Under the pieces are notes generated by a model that saw only the letters and a program-made list of their open reading frames with translations, had not been told where the DNA came from and searched no databases. Position numbers and translations under genes: made by a program. A stretch of DNA of 63,279 nt, the filler included, from Asterionella formosa (Eukaryota): NCBI GenBank assembly GCA_002256025.1. It is 7 parts of 7 records of this genome, joined end to end, with 100 filler letters (N's around TTAATTAATTAA, not from the genome) between each part and the next. Parts side by side here need not be neighbours in the genome. Positions count along the whole stretch, not along the records: positions 45,294 to 54,238 come from NKIB01011407.1; positions 54,339 to 63,279 come from NKIB01011414.1; 5 more parts are not named here. One strand, 5' to 3'. This document shows positions 48,501 to 59,081 of the stretch, piece by piece. The number at the start of each line of letters is the position of its first letter. Position 1 is the stretch's first letter.

Positions 48501-49157
48501 GTTGGCCCGAACGGAGCAGGAAAGAGTACATTGCTCAAGCTCCTCACCGGCGAAATCACTCCAACCAGAGGAGACGTCAGACGCAACCCTCGACTCCGCA
48601 TGGGTATTTACAATCAGCACTTTGTTGATCGTCTTCCAATGAATGTGTCACCAATTGAGCATTTGCGTAACCGATTCCAGGATGTAGACTATCAGTCAAT
48701 TCGGAACCGTCTTGGTCGATATGGTTTGGAAGGGCATGCGCATGAGGTTGTTATGCGGGATCTCAGTGGAGGTCAAAAGGCCCGTGTTGTCTTCGTTGAG
48801 CTCAGCCTCCAGCGTCCTCACATTTTACTTCTCGATGAACCAGTGAGTATGCCACTGGTTTAGTCACGTGCAATGGTTGATATACCAGGTTTTATCTCAC
48901 TGATTCGACTATTTGCTGTTAACTTCTACAGACGAACAACTTAGATATTGAAACCATTGATGCTCTCTGCGAGGCTATCAATGCTTTCAATGGAGGTATC
49001 GTTGTAGTGACGCATGACCAGCGACTCATTGAGGAGTGCAATTGTGATCTTTGGGTTGTCGAGAAGCGCGGAGTCACAAAGTGGGAGGCGGGCTTTGATG
49101 ATTACAAGGAGACGCTTCTCCGACTCATGGAAGAGGAAGTCGAACGAGAAACTGTTT
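45518..49157 (+). CDS. ABC-F family ATPase (ABCF1-like, long Lys/Asp/Glu-rich N-terminus); exons 45518-46445, 46528-47045, 47129-47851, 47946-48842, 48932-49157+; 3' end lies in the gap
   Basis: Two NBDs: [26 protein letters not shown] and [26 protein letters not shown]; no TM segments; all introns GT..AG and in frame. Confidence 0.95.
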
Positions 49158-49958
49158 NNNNNNNNNNNNNNNNNNNNNNNNNNNNNNNNNNNNNNNNNNN
49201 NNNNNNNNNNNNNNNNNNNNNNNNNNNNNNNNNNNNNNNNNNNNNNNNNNNNNNNNNNNNNNNNNNNNNNNNNNNNNNNNNNNNNNNNNNNNNNNNNNNN
49301 NNNNNNNNNNNNNNNNNNNNNNNNNNNNNNNNNNNNNNNNNNNNNNNNNNNNNNNNNNNNNNNNNNNNNNNNNNNNNNNNNNNNNNNNNNNNNNNNNNNN
49401 NNNNNNNNNNNNNNNNNNNNNNNNNNNNNNNNNNNNNNNNNNNNNNNNNNNNNNNNNNNNNNNNNNNNNNNNNNNNNNNNNNNNNNNNNNNNNNNNNNNN
49501 NNNNNNNNNNNNNNNNNNNNNNNNNNNNNNNNNNNNNNNNNNNNNNNNNNNNNNNNNNNNNNNNNNNNNNNNNNNNNNNNNNNNNNNNNNNNNNNNNNNN
49601 NNNNNNNNNNNNNNNNNNNNNNNNNNNNNNNNNNNNNNNNNNNNNNNNNNNNNNNNNNNNNNNNNNNNNNNNNNNNNNNNNNNNNNNNNNNNNNNNNNNN
49701 NNNNNNNNNNNNNNNNNNNNNNNNNNNNNNNNNNNNNNNNNNNNNNNNNNNNNNNNNNNNNNNNNNNNNNNNNNNNNNNNNNNNNNNNNNNNNNNNNNNN
49801 NNNNNNNNNNNNNNNNNNNNNNNNNNNNNNNNNNNNNNNNNNNNNNNNNNNNNNNNNNNNNNNNNNNNNNNNNNNNNNNNNNNNNNNNNNNNNNNNNNNN
49901 NNNNNNNNNNNNNNNNNNNNNNNNNNNNNNNNNNNNNNNNNNNNNNNNNNNNNNNNNN
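49158..49958. other. Within-scaffold assembly gap (N run)
   Basis: Run of N without linker. Confidence 0.99.
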
Positions 49959-50349
49959 ACCAAATAACACATAGCACAAACGCCCAGCGAACCATTCCTA
50001 TTGCATTGCAACCAGTCGTACCGGGGCATACTTTTCGCTCACGATGGGATGTTTTGACATTTTGGTGTTCCTATTGAATGTGCGCAAGACAAAGTACCGG
50101 TATCATTTTATTTTTAGTACCAGGGGGTACCCTGGTCCTACAAAAGGAGCAAGGAAGAGGTGCTTTGCAATATCATCAATCATCCTTGCTTCTCAGCTGT
50201 AATTGCCGACGATTCGCTAATGGAAATGCAGAGTAACACTATGTTAGTATTACAGTACATGTATTCCAAATTATTGTTCCGCAACCATAGCATAGCTTCT
50301 GTTTAACTTCTCGATCCATCTCCAATAGCAACATAAGCGAAGAAAGACC

Positions 50350-53300
50350 ATGGATGATGTGAATTCACAACATCTCGTCAGCTTCAATTTTTCTTCTACC
50401 GGTATTCCATTCGTGGGACGCGAGAAGGAACTGGCTTTTCTGGTTCAGAACTACAGGTTAGCTAGCAATGTTGCTGGGCCCGAAGTCGTGTTCGTATCTG
50501 GAGAGGAAGGCGTTGGGAAAACGGCGCTAGTGAACGAGTTCAAGGGGCATATCGATGGTTACTTCGTTTCGGGCTGCTTTTCGCGCTTTTCGCCAGGAGA
50601 ACCTTACCATGCATTGATAAGCGTATTTGCTTCTCTTTGCGACCTATTGATAGCGAATGATGAAGTTCTCGGAGTACGGCAACATTTGAAAAAAAAGCTT
50701 GAGAGGAGAGACGGCGGTTCTATCAAGTTGGCTGCCTGATCTTAACAAAATCCTTGGCAGCTCGGACGGACCTACACTCAGCCCAGATGTCCATAACTGG
50801 GATTGCAATGACGAATGGGCATTTGGCAGGCTTAAGTATTCACTGAGAGCTTTCCTGAAGTGTGCATGTAGTCCAGTGAGGCCAGTGGTTATCTTTTTGG
50901 ATAATATGGACTGTGCTGACGAAGAAAGCTTGGACATTATATCGAATATTCTAATGGATCAGCAAGTGGATGGTTTACTCTTCATTGGTGCCAATCGACA
51001 GGTTAGCGATGATCACAGGCTAAATCATACTATTGACCGAATAAAGAAGGAAAACAATGGTGTTTCACGATTGATGATCAATAGACTGTCATCCAGTATG
51101 GTCTCGAGAATAATAACATGCGTCACTACGCGCAGTGTGGATGTTGGTGTCGAAATCACCAAATCGATATCAGGAGAACCCGCCGGAAATCCTTTTTATC
51201 TTATTGAAGCATTAAAGAGAACTCAACAAAATAATTCTATTAATTTGGACGAAGGAAGGATTCGGACTGGATCCATCGAACATTTTTCGACCACTGCCAA
51301 ATACATGCTCCGTGTCGCTTCACAGCTTGGGAATACGTTTAGCGTTTCTTCACTAATGGCAATAACAAGTAGTGCGAGCGACACTGGTGAGGCTTGGGAA
51401 GAACTCCTTCGGTTCGAATTTATTCAGGAATCGTCGACACATCCAGGGTGGTATGAATTTTCTCATCAAATATACAAGGAGATGCTTGTGAGGAGCTTCA
51501 CGGAAAAAACACCTTCATTCCATCTTCAAATTGGGAGAGTGATGCAACGTCTACTTCTTGTAAACAATGAAACCATGCGACCTATAGACTCGCTTCTTGT
51601 CGTGCATCATCTGAACCTAGCATCAACTCTCCTCGACAAAGTCGAAATGGAAGACCTAGCTCGAATGAACCTAAAAACCGCAAAGGACAGTATCAAAAAA
51701 TGTGCCCTAAGATTTGCTCTGAAATACTTGCAATATGGACTTGACCTGCTAGCGACGAAGGAGAAATGGATTATCAATTACAGTCTGAATTTGGAGCTTT
51801 CTACACTGTTTGCCAAGGTTTCTTACAGCCTTGGAATGCTAGAAGAGTGCCGTGTTATGATTCATGATATTCTCGCTAATACTCAAGATATTATACACAA
51901 AATCCCCGCGTTCGTTGTTTTGCTAGAAACCTTTGGCGCTCAACGAAGAGTCATGGAAGGGTTGGAAGTTGGTGTGGGCATATTGAACGAGCTGGGCGAA
52001 AACATAAGCTGCAGCCCTGGATATTTGATTTTGCGTCGCGAATCTTTGAGGGTCAAAGCAATGTTACGAGGAAAGTCCGATGAGGATTTGATTAGAACTC
52101 CCCAGACTACAAATAAAGTGGTTTTAGCCATAGCTCGGATTGCCAGCTATGTGTCCATGTTCGCCTATCAGAGTGCAATGCCGGAAGTTAAAAGGTTGCT
52201 CTGTTTGCGAATGATATGCATGACAATCAAAGAGGGTATCAATCCCTACTCGCCGTACTCATTTGCTAGCTATGGGCTCAGTTGCAGTTGGTCGGGTGAT
52301 TTCAAAGGGGTAAGGTGAACGATTGTGAGCTGCTTATGATTGTAATAGGTTTCTGGGAATATGCACCTAATGTTTTTACTTTTCTTGTTGTTGGTCGCAA
52401 GGGATTTCGCTTTGGCAGTCTTGCTGAGAAAATGCTTGAATTAGGCGGGATGGATGGTTGCAGCGCAAGAACAAGAACAATTAACCAGAGCTTCCTCGCC
52501 TGTCTGAGGAAACCGCATGTGGAGAGTTTAATGCCGCTTCGCCTGGCTTGGAGAACAGGACTCGAGACCGCCGACTTGCACTTTGCTCAATTCGCGAGCA
52601 ACGCCTTTCTTGTCCTTTCTTTTTTCACGGGTCAACCTCTACCTTCCATTCTAGAAAATTGGGCTATTTTCCGATCCGATTCTTCGACTTATAAACAACA
52701 ACTTGCTCGGCAGGCAGTCGTTCCCTACTACCAGGCTACACTTAACTTAACCTCTGGCACTTGCCGCGATCCTGTTTGCCTAACTGGTCGGGCTATGAAT
52801 GAGGAAGTTTCATTGGAATTTGCAACTGCACACAATGACGCAATGTCTATTGGTGCGGTCTTACTTGCTAAACTTTCTCTGAGCTGTTACTTTGGTGACT
52901 GGAAAAAGGCGGGTGAGATATCCGACAAGATTTGTGACCACCCGAGAAAGCATCCATATGTTTGTCCACTGCTCTTCTTTCTTGTACTTACTTCGATTAA
53001 ACTACACGAATGCCAGACGCATCAACGGAGGAGTCGTCATCTTATGCAGGAGCTTGAGCTTTGGGAGCGAAGGGGAGCCGGGAGTATCTGTACGCACTTT
53101 CTCCTCCTACTCAAGGCCGAGCAGGCCGCAAAAAAGGCAAAGAAAGGAGAATTCGGAACCACTCAAAAGCTTTATGACAATGCAATTGAGGCTTCTTTGA
53201 ACGGGAAATTCCTAAACATTGCTGCACTTGGTTGTGAACTAGCTGGTGACTTCTTCAAAGTGAGGAACAATGAAAGTCTATCATCGTTCTACTTTCGACA

Positions 53301-53508
53301 GGCGTTCGCCCTTTATGATGAATGGGGTGCGGTGACAAAGTGTGAGAGACTCAAGGATGAGAACGGGGCACTCTTGGGTGCAGTCACTGGCCCTAATCCA
53401 GGTGGTAACTTTAGTCACTGTACACAGCTGGCTCCAAATGCAAGACTTGTGTGCTTGGGGGGCGATATATACAGGCTGGAACAGCAAACTAACTCGACGG
53501 AGTTCTGA
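50350..53508 (+). CDS. STAND/AAA_16-type P-loop NTPase with helical (TPR-like) C-terminal region; frameshift at A8 50689-50696; intron 52310-52401
   Basis: FVGREKE, Walker A SGEEGVGKT, Walker B VVIFLDNMDCAD, GNPFYL, YEFSH, and C-terminal YDNAI..S...AALGCELAG...AFALYDEWGAVTK. Removing one A gives the continuous LKKSLRGETAVL. Confidence 0.8.
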
Positions 53509-54338
53509 TTGACTACATTGACTAGGATTAATTCATTTTGTAATTTGTACTTCTGTGTAACTTATATCTGGGAACCCCCTCCCACGAATCGGCTGAAAAC
53601 CTATTATTATGTGAAGCTAGCTTTATTGTGATAGTCGAATTACCGTTGATGCGATTGTTTGTATGAGTTTTGCATTCATTTCGCAACGTTCCCATGATCC
53701 TTACATAGTGAAGTGGGCCAGCAATGCACTTCTTAGTTAGGAGGAAGTAGTCTTCATGTTTACATCCGTTGATCGATATTCCCCTCTATTTCTGGGGAGA
53801 TTTGAGGTTTTAGTAATCAATTGCTTTGATCAGTCTCAGCAAGGTTCAAATGTAACTCACATACCGGTAACGGTATCCCACATCTGTTCTCACTCATTCT
53901 ACGACGAGTAAAAACAGGAATATACATTACCCGCTATGATAATTGGAATTTCGTCGTTGTGATACCGTTGCAATTTGCAGATGATGGTTTGGAGTATCAG
54001 GAGGTATGTTTCAGTATTTTCCTCACCATGTCTCGGTCGGATATGATTTTATGTGAATTCGGCGGGCAGTCATGCCGTCAGCCAGAGCTATAACATACAT
54101 GCATATATCATAGAAAGGGGAATACACGTACCGGTATGTCCCGGGAATAAGTATTTTTATGCACATATCTATGTATGAAGTTAATTGTGTTAAAATTGTT
54201 GTTTGTCCTCCATACATGGATGTTAAAAAATCACTCACNNNNNNNNNNNNNNNNNNNNNNNNNNNNNNNNNNNNNNNNNNNNTTAATTAATTAANNNNNN
54301 NNNNNNNNNNNNNNNNNNNNNNNNNNNNNNNNNNNNNN

Positions 54339-55904
54339 TATTGCAGATTCCATCTCTCGCCTCCCGAGGCTTGATTCTTTGGTGGAGGATGATATTGATA
54401 TTGGACCGAAATCTCCAACGTCAACTTCCACTTCTACTTTTTCAATTGAATTAGATGATGAACCTTTGCTTACATGTTTCCTTAATCATCCCATCTTGAC
54501 AGACAATATTCAATATCCTCTGGATTATCATTTAATACATGATAGACCATTGCTGGATATGCAATTGATTCTCAATCAACAAACACATCCATTAAAATTT
54601 CCTTCTATCAATTTTCATGATATAATTTTAATATGTTTTGTGAAGAATCCAGGAGATACTTGGCGTATTGCTATTCCTACATTATTATTGGATCCTATTA
54701 TTAATTGGTATCATCAGATGTTGGCTCGTGTGGGTATGACAAGATTAAATGCTACAATTGCTACACATCTTTATCACCCTACATTAAAAGCAAGAGTGGA
54801 ACATATTGTAAGAGTATTTGAAGCATGTCAACGTACAAAATTACCTGGTACTGGTTTTGGTGAACTTCCACCCAGGAATGCATTATTATTACCATGGTCA
54901 GAAGTCGCAGTAGATCTAATTGGTCCATGGAAGATAACAGTGGCTGCTCAAACGATTGAATTTCGTGCTCTAACTTGTATTGACACTGTCACCAATTTAG
55001 CAGAAATTTCACGTATCACCAATAAAACATCAGAATATATTGCAATGAAATTTGAAAATGATTGGTTAGCCAGATATCCCCGTCCAGAACGTTGTATACA
55101 TGACAATGGAGGTGAATTTACTGGTGCTCCTTTCTTACACATGTTAGTATTGAATGGAATCAAAGATGTGACTACCACAGTAAAGAATCTACAAGCAAAT
55201 GCTATCTGTGAACGTTTGCATCAATCTATCAGCAATAGTCTACGAGTTATGTTTAAGGCTCATCCTCCAATCAATGAATTTCAAGCCCAAAATATTGTGG
55301 ATACATGTTGTGCAGCTGCGTCATATGCAGTTCGAGCTACTATTCATAGTATATTACGTATTTCACCAGGAGCATGGGTTTTTCAACGTGATACTATGAT
55401 ATTAAATATTCCTTTGATTACAGATTTACAATTAATACATCAACGTTGACAAGTGATAATTGACGAATGTTTACGTCATGCTAATTTCCGTCTTCGATCT
55501 TATGATTACAAAGTGGGTGACGAGATTTTAATACTATTGGATAATCCTACTACTTTGGATGATCGTGGACGAGGTCCTTATACCATTATTCAAGTACATG
55601 CCAATGGTACAGTTACTTTTCAACGCACTATGCATATTACCGAACGGATTAATATTGGTCGTATCAAACCTTTTCATAGGTAAAAGGTTTTCCCTCAAGT
55701 GTGGGAGAGTGAGCAATCATGCACATCGATACAGATATATATAGAGTTAGGGTTATGTCAAATATATCGGAATTCAATAATGAGAGAACTCGACTAACAC
55801 CCATTCTATACTTTGATGTCAGTTCAGGAAATGAGTTATACATAAGGATTAATTAATAAGCTCATATATTCAACAAATACTACTACTTCTAGTTAGATAC
55901 TTCA
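54339..55904 (+). mobile_element. 3' end of a Ty3/Gypsy retrotransposon: integrase (stop at 55447) with GPY module, PPT, and 3' LTR 55710-55904
   Basis: PWSEVAVDLIGPW, IHDNGGEF, NAICERLH (D,D,E); GRGPYTI; purine tract gggagag immediately before TG; LTR ends gatacttca and has a homologue at 3108-3363. Confidence 0.9.
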
Positions 55905-56436
55905 CCTGGTACACAGATTACCTTGTACCGGTATACCGATTCCGACTGGGTCTATATATATAATATTTTACATACTACCTGGTACCAGGTACCGGCATCT
56001 ATCACCGATGCACACAAATGCCTCATACATGTGGCTACTTATCGATTGAGACACCATACCGGTCACCATATCCATAGCATACAACGCGCTAGACAAAATA
56101 TAACCACAATATCCATCAGATGCCGTACACACATGTGTTAACGGCCATCACGGAGGACGAAGGGGAGTGGGGGGTGTACAGGAGATACTCCTGTTGCGCA
56201 AATCCTACGGAAAAATTAATAATTTACCCATAGTAAAGCACACCATAGTACCCCTCTCACACAAACAATCATCAAGCGGCCAACCATCACGCTACGCTTA
56301 CTTGGGACAGCTACCAGTGCTTGAACGCATACACCGTACCATCGCCCAGCATTGAGTCCTCACTACACTCGAACACATTTCTTGTCCGCATTATTACATG
56401 GACGATTTTTCGAGCCTCAAAGGCGCGACTAGAAAT
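55905..56436 (+). repeat. Second copy of the 3' portion of the 29159-29913 element
   Basis: cctggtacacagattacc...gatactcctgttgcgcaaatcc...tcgagcctcaaaggc.cgactagaaat is colinear with 29365-29913. Confidence 0.9.
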
Positions 56437-58725
56437 GGTCAACACTATTTATCGTCAGGATATAAAATCTGGCGAGAAACTGCAGAAAAGAACTCGGTTT
56501 TTTAAACTATGCTGAAAATAGTGAATTTTACCTGGCCAACTCGTTTATTTGGCCTAGTAAAAGGACCGAAGTTACTTTCTGCAGTTTCTCGCCGAAAGTT
56601 AACTTCTGGGGCTATATGAAGATTGCCTATGTACGTACCTCTTTTTCAAACCCTGCCAACGTTGAGCTATCGTCGTCCAAAAACTCGACAATATCGGCCT
56701 TTTCAATGGTTACCAAAATGTCGGAATCACAATCATTAATCGCCGAAACGTCATCATCGGAATGGTAGTCTTGTGCAAAAATTTTTAAGTCGTAAAATCT
56801 CCTGTACAAAAAGTTCTATTGTAATTGCCCGCTGTATTATTCATATTCTGATTCTTGCTTATACTTATATCCGTTCGATTGGCACGGTTTGTGAGGTCAT
56901 GCAATCCCACGCCAGCCACACTGCCTGGATGCACATGCAGCATTTTCTTGGGAGTTGGCCGATTCTACCTGTATACCAGTATCCACCATCTTGTACCTAG
57001 TACGGAGTAGGAATGCAGGAACCTTAAGCAAGAACCGCTTATTTACTTGTAACTTAAACACCAAATGCTTATTCATTTTTAACTTAAGCAGCAAGGGTCA
57101 CGAGCACAAGCCAAGCCTCCACGGAAGCGTGCCTGCCCTTACTCGACGCACCCTCAATATAGATATTCAGTTCTGTATAATTAGGTAATAATATCTATCC
57201 CCCCAAAATTATTTCTGTTAAACGGTTTTAAGCACGTTTTCCGGATGTTCCTGGTATCAGGAAGTCTACTGTTACCGGTTTAATGTATAAATTAAGCATC
57301 ATGCATTTAATGTCTTTTCGATTTGAACCAAACAGGATAATCCGTGTTCACCAATGAATATAAATCAAGATGAATATAAATATCTTCTGAACCAGATGTT
57401 CAATTTAACTAGGAATAGGATTCTAATAAACCGACGACTTCTGACATCAATACATCCGAACAAATTTCAGAGAGTGGTGAGCTAAGTGTTAGTCGAATTA
57501 ATCAAACGAATGGGATATAACAGTGGGTCATTGTAGTTTTTACTGGTACTTGGTACCTTGGTGGTACCAATTAGCACAAACAATGATACACGGACATTCT
57601 AATAAGGGTTGCTGTTAGGGGGCAGAATTGAAAGAGCCAACAATGGTGACGCTAATGGCTGCAGGATGGCGCACGCCATACTGCAAGTTGCGGTCATTTG
57701 GCTCAAGGTTGCTTCATTTGAAACCCTAGGCAAAAATTAAAATATTGCTTAGGGTTGCCCAAATTCCCTGGAATTAAGAATTTAATTAGCTATTTTTGAA
57801 TGACGTGATTCCATTTGAAATTTTTAAATCAGTGGAAATTTGCGAATACGTACATAGATTCCTTGTCGAAATCACTAAATATAGATATAGACACTCCTAG
57901 TCGTTGTATGTATATATACGCTAAAAATACCATCAACATGTATGCATGGACACTCTATACTCCGATTGACGATTTTATATTCTATGCATTGAATCCGTTC
58001 CACATATTCAAATCGTTTAATATTTATATATATGTTTAGATTCTACATCGCTTCATGTGCATACACCAGTACTACAATCTATACTCCGATCGACGACTAT
58101 GTGTCATGCATATGACCCGGCGGCTCGGCAATTATTTGAAAGTGCACTCAAGGAGCGGTACGCGTATGTCCAATGATGGTTCCCGTCGTGAATAAAGCAC
58201 CGGACTGTCAGTACACCCAAGAAAATGTTACATGTTTATCCAATGTGACCGGCGTGGGTTTGCGAGACCTCGCAAACCAGGCCAATCAAACAGAGGAATG
58301 TAATTCACGTTCACCAATCATATTACCGGTATATATGTGGAAGCGGGCACTTACAATGGAATTTTTTGGACAGGAAATTTTAGGGCTAAAAATTCCGGCA
58401 TACGACTACCATTCCGATGATGATTCTGATTCCGATATTTTGGCAACCGTAGAAAAGGCCGATTTTGTCGAGTTTTTAGACGATGATAGCTACATGTTGG
58501 CTGGGTCTGACGGCGATTTAGATACATACTGGTAGGTAACTTTCAAATAGCATCAGTATATAACTTCTGGCGAGAAACTACAGAAAGGATCTTCGCTTTT
58601 TTTACTATGCCAAATAAACAGATTTCCTCCGAATTTTCTAGTCTTTTTAGCCTAGTTTAAAAACCGAAGTTCCTTTCTGCAATTTCTGACCAGATCCTAT
58701 ATACTGACGATATATAGAGTGGACC
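56437..58725. mobile_element. Putative non-autonomous DNA transposon with diverged ~390-bp inverted arms (56437-56833 and 58342-58725)
   Basis: ggtcaacactatttatcgtcaggatata versus the reverse complement ggtccactctatatatcgtcagtatata; the arms give the twin pseudo-peptides DYHSDDD...EKAD.VEFLDDDS on opposite strands. No clear TSD. Confidence 0.7.
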
Positions 58726-59081
58726 TACACCCCTACTTTGTCCGAAGACTGTATGTAAGCACATGGAAAGGGTGTGTATTGGTGAAAGCTCCGTTGAGCG
58801 TTATACATATTTGATTTATATGTGGAGAGTATGTGTTTGATTAGTCTGACTCAATTTTATTTTATAAACCCTACCTCGAGTTGTTTATTTAAATGCATCA
58901 ACCTTAAATAAACAATTTGATTTAGGATAAAGACAGGTAAATATTTAGTTCCAGCACAATTACTGCAACTTGCTGATGACCAACCATTTTTGCAAAGGAC
59001 AACTATCAGAAAGTTGGCTAAGCATATGGTGCTTATATGTACATAAAAAATTTCATTCTGTGCTTCACATATTAGACCATC

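Noticed and set aside
30923..53508. ARM kinase, RBR ligase and STAND ATPase as a clustered defence island
   Set aside because: They are on three different scaffolds placed together only by length sorting.
56627..58535. Two similar short ORFs (DYHSDDD...VEFLDDDS) on opposite strands as paralogous genes
   Set aside because: They lie in the arms of the inverted repeat; the similarity is explained by the DNA repeat and there is no independent coding evidence.
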